Under the pieces are notes generated by a model that ran no database searches, was not told the DNA's origin, and worked only from the letters and a program-made list of their open reading frames with translations. From NCBI GenBank assembly GCA_020137815.1, contig CM035357.1, positions 7,564,001 to 7,628,000 of the forward strand: a stretch of 64,000 bases of DNA. The letters run 5' to 3'. The position numbers were made by a program, and so were the translations under genes. The stretch is from Hormiphora californensis (taxonomy: Eukaryota; Animalia; Ctenophora). This document shows positions 30,962-43,194 of this stretch, piece by piece; position 1 is the stretch's first letter, and each line of letters starts with the position of its first letter.

Positions 30962-33900
30962 ACTGTAGGTCGATCTCACCGGCAGCTGGTGGGGAAACTA
31001 AATGGAAACTCCCCTACATCCAGGAAACACTGATGTCCCCGAGCTCAAACGAACCACCTGTTTTAGCGGTGGGTATCACCGAAACGTGGCTAAAAAGTTA
31101 CATTTCAGATGCCCAAATATCGATCCCCGGGTATGTTACTCTCAGAGCAGATAGAGAATTGAAAGTCGGAGGAGGTTGCTTGTTATACATCAACAAAGAC
31201 GTGCCGATTACAAAACAATCTTCATGGAGTGACCGCCAGACAAGTCTTGTAACCGCTTTCTCCGAACAGAAAAACCTCTTCTTTGCCTGTATGTACCGAC
31301 CACCAGACACAGAGGAAAAATCGTATGCAGAATCTCTAACGAAACTCCAAGCAGAGATCAACTCGGTGATCGAGGAAAATGATGGGCGAACACCAGAGAT
31401 TGTTATCATCGGAGACTTCAATCTCCCAAACATAGATTGGGAAACAATGACATTTCCATCACAAGGAGGAAGAGAGGCTGGCCCTTACCACCAAACTCTT
31501 GAATTCGTCAACGAGAATTTCATTACACAACTTGTCACAACCCCAACAAGAGGAACGAATATCCTGGATCTGGTGTTCACAAACACCCCTGAATACTTTG
31601 CAAATGTGACAACTGCAGATAGCAAAATATCTGACCATCGTGTAGTGGAATGTACCATGGCATACAACCCATTGGACAGTGTGGTTAACGCTAAAACTGA
31701 AGATGACCCCTTCAGGAAAGTGAAGATACATAATGTTGACTACCTCCCAATGAAAACAAAACTGTGCGAAATAAACTGGGATGGACTACTCCAGATCTGC
31801 AAAAATGGTGATGTTTATGACCTTGAGCAGTTCAAGACCTACGTAACCCAAATCGTACGTGAAATTGCAGAAGAAACCCTCCCTGGTAAGGCCGAACACG
31901 GAAAAGAAAAACGGCATATACAGAGGATATCTGAATCTTTTAAACGGAAGTCAAGAAAAATAAAGAAGAAGCTAGAAGGAGATCTTGACCCACCCAGTAA
32001 GGAAGCTCTTTATGAGGAACTGGACCTTCTAACTGTCAGAAGGAAGGAGAAGATCCTTGAAAACCTAGACCAAGAAGAGATAAACGCAGTCGGAACGATA
32101 AAAATCAACCCTCGTTTCTTCTACACCTATGCGAAAAAGAAGTCTAAAACAGCTTCAACAATCGCACCACTGAGAAGACAGGATGGAAGCCTGACCACCG
32201 ACAGTGCTGAGAAAGCACAGCTACTACAAAACCAATATGTAGGAGTGTTCAGCAACCCTGCTGATGTAGACGCTGAGAAGAGCCTGACCTGGATTAAGTC
32301 GGAACCAAATCTGGTCACTGAAAACTTTGACTTTACGCCAGAGGATATCCAGTCCGCCCTAAAGGAAATTGATCCGTATGGAGCGGCACCGGACGGTGAC
32401 ATCCCGGCTAGGATTCTTTATGAGTGCAGAGCACAGCTTTGCTACCCTTTTTGGCTCCTCTGGAACAAATGAATGGAAGAGGAAGTCATCCCACCGTCTA
32501 TGAAGAAACAACAAGTAGTACCCATCTTCAAAAAAGGAGATAGAACCAAAGCTGCGAATTACCGCCCCGTCTCCCTCACGTCAAATGTCATCAAAACATT
32601 CGAACGTGTCATGAAGAAACACCTTGTCCAACACTTCGAGGAGAATAACCTATTTCCCGAATCTCAGCATGGGTTCCGGAAGCAACGGAGCTGTCTCACC
32701 CAGTTGATTGAACACGTGGATACAATCCTAAAAGAACTAAGGGATGGAAACGAAGTCGACGTCATATATGTCGACTATGCAAAAGCATTTGATAAGGTCG
32801 ACATCAACGTTCTACTTGCAAAATTAGAACGTTACGGTATCCGCGGAAAAGTTCTCAGTTGGATCAGATGCTTCCTGACCGACAGATACCAAACTGTCGT
32901 GGTGGATGGAAAACTCTCATCACTGGAGAAAGTGCTAAGTGGAGTTCCTCAAGGAACCGTACTCGGGCCAATACTCTTCATCATATATGTTGCGGACCTA
33001 AACTCAGCCGTTGTACACTCAACAACCAAAACTCTTGCCGACGACACTAAACTCATAAAGGGAATTGAAAGGGAAGTGTCACATGACCAACTCCAAGAGG
33101 ACCTGACAAACGTGGGAATTTGGTCGAAGGCCAACAACATGAGTCTGAACGAAGATAAATTTGAGGTTTTGCAATACTCTCTCAACAGAACTCAATTACT
33201 TAAACAGTTACCATTCACCCAAGACCTCCAAACATACTATACTCCAGAGGGACTCAAGATTGAACCAAAACATTGTGTCCGTGACTTAGGGGTCCAACTG
33301 TCAGATGATCTATCCTGGGAACACCAAATAGGAAAAATGACATCCGACGCCCGAAAGATAAGTGCATGGGTATTGAGGGCCTTCAAAACAAGGGACGAAA
33401 AAACTATGACTATCCTGTACAAAAGTCTTGTCCGCAGTAAACTGGAATATTGCTGTCCACTATGGGATTCGCCAAAGATCTCTGACATCCAGGACGTTGA
33501 AGCAATCCAGCGGAAGTTCACCAAACGGATCAAGGGAATGACCGAATTAAACTACTGGGAGCGTTTGAAAAAGTTGAATATTACTTCCCTTCAACGCCGC
33601 CGAGAACGTTACAGCATCATAATGATATGGAAGATGGCAAACGGCAACGCACCCAACAACATCGGCATCCGCTTTTATAACAACAACCGTCTCGGGAAAA
33701 AAGCGGAGGTCCCAACATGTCCCACAAACACACAGAAGTCAGTCGCGACGAAGTACCACAACTCGTTTATCTGTAGAGCGACTCGACTATGGAACACACT
33801 ACCCAGGGAAGTGAACTTAGCGGAAGACCTACCGTCGTTCAAGGTACTTCTAGGGGAATGGATGAAGAGATTTCCGGATCGCCCACCGGTTCTCGGATAC

Positions 33901-34033
33901 CCAAAACAAAACAACAATTCAATCTTGGACTGGATACGGATCGTTTCCAGGGAGGGGGAGGCTCTGTGAGGAACTGACACCTGTGTAGTTTGTACACGAA
34001 GAAGATTACAAGATTACAAGATTACAAGATTAC
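29690..34033 (+). mobile_element. Nearly full-length CR1/L2-group non-LTR retrotransposon
   Basis: Zinc-finger ORF1, APE+RT ORF2, short 3' UTR ending in about 4 tandem AAGATTAC repeats (34002-34033). The 5' end appears truncated; no TSD recognised. Confidence 0.93.
30649..33969 (+). CDS. LINE ORF2 (AP endonuclease + reverse transcriptase) with one in-frame TGA at 32470-32472
   Basis: LLNCRSI, ITETWL, GGG, YRPP, GDFN, LDL, SDH; then NYRPVSL, QHGF, DYAKAFDKV, GVPQG, ADD, RDLGV, LQRRRER. Frame is open from 30649; first ATG is at 31033. Confidence 0.9.
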
Positions 34034-34308
34034 GAATTCGGTTCTAAACATGTAAACTTGTAAACTTTCTCTGTGCTCAGTCTTAATAAATAATTAACAG
34101 CGTCGTTATAGTTATTTGTAGCTGACCATCGAAATCACACGGGCCACGGTATGAGGCAATCAGCTTGTCATTTGCCAAGGAACTATCAACTATCAATATG
34201 TTCTCTAAACAACAAAATTCTGTCTTAATCGTGATCGAAAGATTGGACATTGAACATACCAGATATCTTGTATGCCTTGTAAAAATATGTAGTTTCTTGA
34301 CGCATGTA

Positions 34309-35286
34309 TTAGGTAGTTGATCTCACAGTGTTTTGTCTAACTGAGAAGAACGTGCGTGCTTCCCTTGTTAGCAAAAGATATACCAGTGGATCGAATATGG
34401 ACGAGGACAAAGGAAGACAAAACTGTAGAAAAAACTTAACTAGGAAACTCACAGAGTTCTGATCGATTTCATTTCTTGACAACTTATTTATACGATCCTC
34501 GATGTTTAGCAAGTGAATGACAGTGTATTAACTCATGATGAGATTAACCAAACTCCAAGTATTGAGTAGAAAGATCTTTGCCGTCCCTCGGAGGTTTCTT
34601 CTGTTGGAATTTTCAGTGATATTCGGGGCTTTGTGCAGTTGAATTAGGAAGATTAGAGTGAACAGTGTGGCGATCTGTCCTGCAACTTGGAAACAAAGAG
34701 CAGGAACGATGGTAGTAATGTCTGGAAGAACTTTTATAATGTAACTATCCGACCAGCTGGTGATAGGTATAACAAGCCGGTAGCCACAAATAAACAAACC
34801 GGAATCAGGCCATCGGGCTGACAGAAAAGTTCCTTGAAATGCTACTGGAAAAATAAAACCAGTGAAAAGAAACGCCTTAACTATTCTTTTGGATATTTGC
34901 CGCAATGGGAATTTGATTTGAAAATATCTGACGATCATGAAGAGGCCTGTAATCATCATGGCCCCATTATGTAGCCCCACACCTATCGTTGCGTAACCTG
35001 CCCTGGGAATGAAGTTGTTTGTTAGATTGACAATGCCTGTGTTATTACAGATAGGATCCTCCGTTATCCACAGACCCTCGAGGGCCGGGTAAACCAGGTA
35101 GGGGCACGCTACCAGATCAATAGTGTATAGGATGAGGTAGAGATATCGGGATATAGAGGGAGGTTTGTAGAAGTTGTGTCGGACAACCAGAGAGTTCAGG
35201 GGTATTGATATTAGTGGTTGGATTAGGAAGAAACAAAACAGAACAAAGTCTGGGTGTGAAAATCCTCCTTCACTGAACTTTGCCAT
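34309..35286 (-). pseudogene. Intronless rhodopsin-like 7TM GPCR with one in-frame TAA (34528-34530)
   Basis: ORFs 34528-35286 and 34309-34512 are in the same frame. TM1 PLN, TM2 L..ID, TM3 IVRYFQI (DRY-like), TM7 IFDPLVY (NPxxY-like). Confidence 0.72.
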
Positions 35287-36046
35287 TTATAGCAGTACAG
35301 TGTTGTTATGTTCTAACCCTCCAAGCACGGGGATGTCGGGCCAAGGTTGCTACCGGTCTAGTAAAGTCAAATTGATTAGTATAACTTGAGCTGCACAGTG
35401 TTAGTATAACTTGAAATACAAGTAGTAAAAGTTTGTTCATATCTAATAACAAGCTGAAGGATTGTAAAAAACAGAGCTACATGAATAAAACCTTACTAAT
35501 ATTATTTGCTAGAAAACTAGCTTTATCTTAATATTAAAATGGTAAGTCCAGGTTATTTGCGGTAACTATACAATCGGGATTAGACAAGGCCAAGGCAACT
35601 CCGGGGATAGAGCAATTATGATAATCATAGTCTATTATAAGAGCTATTAGATAGGGGAGCATGATAACGAGAGAGGCATTAAGAGACGTTTCTAGAGGAA
35701 ATAGTTGGGGATGGAAGGAACTGAGAGCAAGAGGAATAGAGAGAGAGCTGGCAGAAATAAAATGTATGTGACAGGGAATCAAGAACAGGCCAGAGGGAGA
35801 GAGTTAAGAGTTTTAAAAAAAGGTTTAGAATCATCGCTTTTCTATTCTAGACACTAGCAAAACTGGGGCGATCGTACCGATCGCAAATCGAGGGGTCTGT
35901 TTCTATGTTTTTCTCTCTGTCTGTCTGCTATATGATATGTAATGTGATCCCTCTCTTTTTCTCTCTTTCTCTCCCTTTTATACATGTGATGTGACCCCTC
36001 AAGTCGCAAGCAGTTGTCAACACGTGTGATACGTGATACCTACGAA

Positions 36047-36128
36047 TCACGTCGTCACACTGACGGATCATGTCGTCACACTGACGGATCACGTCGTCAC
36101 ATTGACGGATCACGTCGTCACATTGACG
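36047..36128. repeat. 21-bp tandem repeat, 4 copies
   Basis: ATCACGTCGTCACA(C/T)TGACGG units. Confidence 0.9.
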
Positions 36129-36712
36129 ATAGGGTGTCACATTTCCGTGCAAATTTGCATTAGATATAGTTAGATAGTTAGATAGATAGAGAGAGCAGCT
36201 TTGAATTATTGTTATAGTTAGAGAATATTCTGGACAAGGTTGAAGAATAATAACAAGGTTGAAGGAGCATATTTAAAAGAAAGGCAAAACATGGTCCGTT
36301 ATCGATAATTGTCGATAATTGTTTTGTAGGCAGATGAGTTAACTCTGCGTTGTTATGGTAACATGTCCTCGTGCCACACCTGTAATCATATGGAGAGTAC
36401 ACACCTCATTGCTCCACATGCTTGATGCTAGTTCCCAACGCAGAAACACGCAGCTGTCTCACCGGGTACGGTGATGGAATTGTGTTGGATAATTATAGTG
36501 CTAATAATACTAGGAGAGAATAACAGTCAAGATTAGATACCCATCAGTATCAGCCAGCCCGGTCTGTGGTTTTCCAAAGGTCGGAATTCACACTATATGT
36601 AGTTTCTTTAAAAATGAAATAAGCTCAATTCACTGCACTCTGAACTACAAAACACAACACCACGTTAATCTGCTCGGGACACTTTACAATTGTTTCTCTC
36701 CCTCATCATCAC

Positions 36713-37304
36713 CATCCTGCTGCTCGATGTTACCTCTATCAGACATCATCCTGCTGCTCGATGTTACCTCTATCAGACATCATCCTGCTGCTCGATGTTA
36801 CCTCTATCAGACATCATCATGCTGCTCAATGTTACCTCTATCAGACATCATCCTGCTGCTCGATGTTACCTCTATCAGACATCATCCTGCTGCTCGATGT
36901 TACTTACCTCTATCAGACATCATCCTGCTGCTCGATGTTACCTCTAACAGACATCATCCTGCTGCTCAATGTTACCTCTATCAGACATCATCATGCTGCT
37001 CAATGTTACCTCTATCAGACATCATCCTGCTGCTCGATGTTACCTCTATCTGCAGACATCATCCTGCTGCTCGATGTTACTTACCTCTATCAGACATCAT
37101 CCTGCTGCTCGATGTTACCTCTAACAGACATCATCCTGCTGCTCGATGTTACCTCTATCAGACATCATCCTGCTGCTCGATGTTACCTCTATCAGACATC
37201 ATCCTGCTGCTCGATGTTACCTCTATCAGACATCATCCTGCTGCTCGATGTTACCTCTATCAGACATCATCCTGCTGCTCGATGTTACCTCTATCTGCAG
37301 ACAT
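36713..37304. repeat. 34-bp tandem array (about 17 copies) overlapping the 3' end of the MFS gene
   Basis: Unit CATCATCCTGCTGCTCGATGTTACCTCTATCAGA with recurring variants (TTACTTACC, TCTGCAGAC, CTAACAG). Confidence 0.97.
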
Positions 37305-38543
37305 GTAAAATGCCAGGATGACAGTCACAGCAAGGGCTACAAAGACGGGGGTTCCCAGGGCAAATACCTGTCTCTCAGGTAGATAGTCAGTGAACCATGC
37401 CGCTAGGAGGGGATCTATAATGGCTCCTACATTATAGGACACACATGCTACGTTCATTGTTATTGACATGGCTAGTTCAGTAGTGGTGATAGTAGTTAGA
37501 CTCTGGGCGGATATTGTGATGGAGTTAAGCTGGATTAGGGCGCTGAACACGAGGAGAGTGTTAAAGGAGATGACGGAGATTGGGAAACCCTTCTTGAGGG
37601 GGATGGAGGGACCAAGGAATACCAGTGATACAGCTGCACCAATCAGACCCACTACTAAACCAGGTAGGGTGAGCTTCTCTCCCTTACTGTTAATCACCCC
37701 CGCTAGGAATGCAGCCGCGCTGTAAACCACACTGCCCAGTCCTAGAACAAGTGATGTTCTATCGAGGGTAACTCCATACTCCTCACTGTAGTAATAGGAT
37801 AACATCCCATACACGAACACCATGCATCCTCCAATAGTCATGTTGACAGACCACCCAAATACAAGGAGGGGACTGGTAAAATGCAGCCTGTACACTTCCC
37901 TTGTTGTTGTCTTCTTTACCCTCTCCTCGCCATTACTGTCCCACAGGAGCTGTACTGCAAATCCTATCACGAAGAAGGCCAGTCCTGCTAGGAACATGGT
38001 GTTGGTAAATCCAATGTGTAGTGCTATAATAGCACCTGTGTAAGCACCTATTGCCTGTCCTGTACTGTAGCATACCTCCCATGTAGAGGCTGCTTTAGCA
38101 ACATTCCCCGCCAGAACCTCGGTAATGATCACCACCACATCATTCTTGAGTAGGAAGAGGGAGCATCCCGCCAGTAGTCGTGACGTCACAGCGCACCAGA
38201 TGAACAGTTTGGGGTACATCTCTCCGGGGTAGAAGAGGCAGAACGCTGCAGACCCGGTACAGGCTATAACTCGCTGGGCAAAGTACCGTTTATCTAACTG
38301 GGTTATCAGCGGCTGAATTATTAGTGCAATCAATGATGAAAAGGGCCATGCTACTAGGATTATTGTCGCTTGGAAGTCAGACAGGCCTTTGGAAATAGAC
38401 TCAGGAACCAGAATTGCCATGGGGGAGGTCTGGACAATGCCAAGGAGAACTGAGAGAAGAGAGAGGATGAACCATTTTGTTTTGGAGATGTGATTCTCTC
38501 CAACCAGAGCATCCCTTTCAGTTACAGGTGCTGTAGTGGTCAT
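37260..38543 (-). CDS. MFS transporter (about 12 TM; possibly SLC18B1-like); the original C-terminus may lie at 36684-36733
   Basis: 427-aa ORF with about 12 hydrophobic segments, SRLLAG (MFS motif-B-like) and GQAIGAYTGA (motif-C-like); acceptor TTTTCAG 1 nt before the ATG. Confidence 0.8.
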   Translation of the reverse strand: MTTTAPVTERDALVGENHISKTKWFILSLLSVLLGIVQTSPMAILVPESISKGLSDFQATIILVAWPFSSLIALIIQPLITQLDKRYFAQRVIACTGSAAFCLFYPGEMYPKLFIWCAVTSRLLAGCSLFLLKNDVVVIITEVLAGNVAKAASTWEVCYSTGQAIGAYTGAIIALHIGFTNTMFLAGLAFFVIGFAVQLLWDSNGEERVKKTTTREVYRLHFTSPLLVFGWSVNMTIGGCMVFVYGMLSYYYSEEYGVTLDRTSLVLGLGSVVYSAAAFLAGVINSKGEKLTLPGLVVGLIGAAVSLVFLGPSIPLKKGFPISVISFNTLLVFSALIQLNSITISAQSLTTITTTELAMSITMNVACVSYNVGAIIDPLLAAWFTDYLPERQVFALGTPVFVALAVTVILAFYMSADRGNIEQQDDV

Positions 38544-39670
38544 TCTGAAAAGGGGGAAGGGAGAGAATAGTAACTGTTGAAGTTTAAAATTAACAAGTGC
38601 TATTCTGTTCTGGATCCCGCGACAAAGATTAATATCAATAGTGCTATATCAGTCTACAAAATTTGCAAGTTGCAACAGTACGATTTTTATCAAGTGTAGT
38701 GTGGTGTACAAACTACAGGGTAGATCAATTAGACAATGAAGATCAGGGTTACAATTGGCACACAAAGGATCTTTCGATACTACTACGAGGTGAGAACATT
38801 TTCATTATTTGAACGGTCTAGTGGCTCGCCTCATGGCATTAATGAGCCTGAGAATTAGTCCACCATCATCTGTAAGAATAGTAATACTTGAATTGCTTAA
38901 CACTGTTTCCGTGAGCTATAAACCAAGTATGAACAATTCAAGATAATACTTATCCAAACAATTGATTTAAATCACGTTGCATTGTATCACGTGTAATAGT
39001 TAAATGAACGCAGGTGCTGGACACCTCGCTATTGTTCTCGTTCAGAGTGTCACTCATTGAGTGATGGGTGTTAGGTTCTGCAAAGTTAGGACAGCCACAA
39101 TATCAGTACAACTTAGGAAACTTACAACAATGCTATCAAGGTGACAGTCTCAATCTAATAAAGTATTGCATACTCATAAGAGAGGTAATAAGGAAAGAAA
39201 TGCACCCCAATTCTTTAATCATCCATTTTATTATTCTCTCCCTCTTATCCCCCCTTTCTCTCACTCTCTTTCTATCTCCCTCTCTCTCTCTCTCTTTCTC
39301 ACTCTCTCTCTCTCTCTCTCTCTCTTTCTATATCCCTCCCCTATTTCCCTCTCTTTCCCTGCCCCATTTTCTCATTAAATTCCCAGGCGACAACTTCCTG
39401 AAAGAGATGCCCATAGTAACTAGTAATTGTAACTGCGTTTAGCCGAGTGCAGCAACTAGTTACTAGTTTTAACGTCTGTTAAACTAAGTAATTTATCGAA
39501 CTAGCCAATGAAAAGTACCCTGATACAGTTCCCTACTAAATCAAATATTTAATATTTAGCATTAACCCACCTTGCGCTTTTAGCTCTAGCAGTTAGCCCC
39601 ATTCGTTCACTGACACTGCTCTCTGTTAAATTCTGTTACTAACCTACCCCTCCTTTCTAGCTCTAGTACC

Positions 39671-42600
39671 ATGGGATCGGAAAAGAGAAAGAAGGAGAAG
39701 AAATCAGACTCTAAAAAGAAGAAGCACAAGCATGATAGGTCAGATCGAGAGGAGAGGAAAAGTAAACGGAGACACAGGGACAGTTATTCAGGGGGAGAGG
39801 GGGGAGGTGAGGGGTCGTCTAACTTGGAAAAAGCCTCCCTAAGTGTATCTGAAACTAATGCAGTGAGAGCTAAACTGGGTCTAAAGCCCCTACAGATGGA
39901 TGAGCCAGAACCCTCAAAACCAGCTGAAGAGGACAAGAATGTCATCTCTCTGAGTGTGGAGGAAACCAATAAACTCAGAGAAAAGTTGGGACTCAAACCT
40001 CTTGATGTGGGAGATAAGCCAGGTGGTGATGTACATGTTCCTGCTAAAAACATGAGGCAGATTGTAGAAACCCAGAAACTAGCAGAGAAAATGAAGGTCC
40101 TGAAGGAGAAGAGAAGGATCAAGGAGCAGATGAGCCGGGTCAAATCTCTGGGATCTTCTTCATCAGACCTCACCGACACATTGGCGTGGATCCAGAGGAA
40201 CAGGGATCTAGCAACTAAAAAGGCAGCAGCAGAGGCCCAAAACAAAATGTTGGACAGTATGGATGATGAGTTTGGAGTTGGGGATCTGGTATCGAGGGAG
40301 GAGATCAGGGGGAAGAATTACACTCAACAAGATCTAAAGGATCTCACTGTGTCTCATGGTGTTGATAGTTTTAAAGAGGGGACTGTTACCATTCTAACAC
40401 TACAGGATAGGGGAGTACTAGATGAGGAGGGAGATGATGGCGAGGTGTTAGAGAATGTTAACATTGCATGATAATGAGAGAGTTGCAAAGAGTAATGAGA
40501 ACAAGAAAAGTAAACCTGGGTATAACCCTTATGAGGATGAATTCGATGAAGATGGTAACCCGCGGACTGGAAAATCAATGCTATCCAAGTATGATGAAGT
40601 GATAGAGGGAGAGAGGAAGAAGACGTTTAAACTTGTCTGATGTCCATAGTGGAGAGGTGATCCAACGGAAAATGCAGGAGGGATTAAAACCGAAAAACAT
40701 CAGTCTTGCTATGGATAACTTCGTGAAAAACAGCACAAGAGTATTACACTCATGATGAGGTTGCGAGCTTTAAGAAACCAAGAAAGAGGAAGAGGAAGAT
40801 AAGGAAAGCGAAGGATTTGGAGGCTGATGAGTTAGTTGTGAATGGGTGCGGGTGGGGAGGGTAAGGACCATGGGTCTAGGGACTCCAGGAGGCGTGCTAG
40901 AGAGGAAGGAGATGTGGTGAAGGGAGGAGAGAGGCGGATGGGGCTGGAAACATGGATATAGATATTGGTGAGTTACTGACAGCTTTGTTATTTGACCCAC
41001 TATTACTCATTTTTTGACTGTTTCTTTTGTGTTAAAAACATGAAACAAGAAGTTCATCTAACACCCCACATTATTTATTTACCCCTTTCTCCAACCCCCC
41101 CCCCCCTCTCCAACCCCTCTCTCCAATCCCTCTCCAACACCTCTCTCCAACCCCTCTCTCTAACCCCTCTCTCTCTAACACCCCTCTCTCCAACCCCTCT
41201 CCCGACCCCCTGCAGATGACGAACAGCCAGAACCTCTAAAGAAGTCGAATGGTAAGAAGGGTGTTGTGAGTGAGAAGGAATTATATTCAGTGCCCCTTGA
41301 AGAAGAAGATAATGAACTTGAACAAGCTCTAGCAAGGAGTCGAAGGTGGGTAGTTATCTAGGATGTGGTAGTTTGTATACATCCTCTGTCCTCTGTAGAA
41401 TGTTGTGTGACCTCCCTTTTGGTACAACATCAGATAAAATACTTTCGATATGGATCTCTCTGTTGTTTCTGTGTCTCATTCCCCTGATTCAATCCTTCTC
41501 CCCCTCCTCCAGATCTAAGCTCATGATAGCACATAAGACAGCAGTTATGGACCAAATCTCGCGTTTGCCATCTCAAAAAGAGGAAGAAGAGAGTCTTCCA
41601 GGTGCCGCAAAGTCAAGTTAGTGTTTTATGCTGCCAACTGAGATCCCAGAACTCTTGATAACTCAACCTCAACCTCAACCTCAGCCCCAACCCCAACCTC
41701 AACCTCAACCTCAACCTCAACCTCACATTTAGCCAGGTTTGTTGGTGCTGGACACTACCGCAGAGTTTGCTAAGGGTATTGGTCCAGACTAAGGAGGACG
41801 ATGAGGAGGGGGAAGGATATGGAGGAGGACATGCCACAACCTGAATCACCTGACGCCATGGAAGAGACACCTCAGGGAGATTGGAAAAACTGTAGATTTT
41901 GTTACCTGCTACCTTTGGAGAGGTAGGTTTTGGATGGAATGGGTTGTATTGATCATTACTTTAATTAATTTTGTCTAAAAAGTAGGTCGAGACAGTCGGA
42001 GTAAAGGAATATTTGGCACACAATTTGTTTTTCGGTCACACTATTGCATGTTATTTGACGGAGGGCGCGAAACTTACCGTTCTCCTGATCTCGCGCAATG
42101 TTCAAACCGCGCGCGTAGCTCCCAAAAGCGCTGACAAGCGCCAAAAGTTTGACTCCAAATTCAACATCTTCTTTTCTCAGTTCCAAGATTACGACCCAAA
42201 ACGTGCTGAGCAACAGGAAGTGATTGAAGCAGAACCCTCTCTCCAGCGGGGCCTCATGGGGGCTCTTCAAGTAGCCCAAAGAAAGGGGTTCCTAGAGGTT
42301 GAAAAAGGGGTCAACTCTCGAGATGTCAAGGAAGCTATCAAGGCTACCGGCTCGATTAAAGCCCGGTTTTACCAAGTAGATAATGACAGAGATGATAAGG
42401 ACCAGGGTGGTTCGGGAGGGAGGAGAGGGAGAGATAGGAGGGATGATGATCGACCCATGGGAGGTTCCTACTCCTCTTTCTCAGAAAAGAAGGGATACAA
42501 CCCTGATGTTAGGATAGTCTACACTGACAACCTAGGACGGGAATTAGACTCAAAAGAAGCATTCCGTCAGCTGTCGCACAAGTTCCACGGCAAGGGAAGT

Positions 42601-42900
42601 GGTAAGATGAAGACTGAGAAGAGGTTGAAGAAGGCTCTGGAACAGATGGCACTTAAGAAGATGGACAGTGAGGACACTCCCCTTGGTTCAGCTGCTCTAC
42701 TGAGGGAGAAACAGAAGGATGCTAATGCTGCTTATGTGGTATTGAGTGGGGGTAACAGGTTACCTCAATTGGATCAAAACGCTAAACTAGTCAAAGAGAT
42801 AGGGGACAATATAGACAGATATTGGGATGATAACAATGAAAAGAGGAAACAGAGAAGAGATAGGACGATATATCATGTTGTATTGACAGACAAGTTGTGA
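39671..42900 (+). CDS. SART1: U4/U6.U5 tri-snRNP protein SART1/Snu66 (several frameshifts in 40460-41900)
   Basis: HIND motifs SLSVxETNxxRxKLGLKPL, ILTLQDRGVL, LENVNI, YNPYEDE, MLSKYDE, EYYTHDEVASFKKP, DHGSR; last exon from 42181 with EAFRQLSHKFHGKGSGKMKTEKR and DTPLG. Confidence 0.92.
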
Positions 42901-43194
42901 CTATATACCATGTGTGTGCTGGTGTGTTGAATCCGCATACTATTTTATGATTGAAATACTTCTTCTTTCAGCTACATATGAATTATGAATTGTGTATCAA
43001 TCCATGCTACCCACTACCGTGCAGAGTGAAACCCTTCTGTACAAATCAATATCCCCCGGCCCTAAAGTCTAAACTACCCCAACCATCCAACCCCCTTTCT
43101 CTCTCTATTTAGGGCACCACACTCGCCCACCTACACCCTTCAACCCCACACTAATCTCCTTTTCCCTCTCTATTTAGCCCCTCGATGTAACAGG

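Noticed and set aside
36713-37304. CRISPR-like appearance of the 29-37-bp arrays (also 12612, 13617, 43528)
   Set aside because: Units are head-to-tail with no unique spacers, there are no cas genes, and the context is eukaryotic.
36690-37382. Plus-strand repetitive ORFs (MLPLSDIILLLDVTSIRHH...)
   Set aside because: Translation of the 34-bp array on the non-coding strand.
40460-41900. Multiple frameshifts in SART1 as programmed recoding or a pseudogene
   Set aside because: Clustered single-base insertions in an essential gene with well-conserved flanks, in an assembly with other low-quality segments; sequencing error is most likely.
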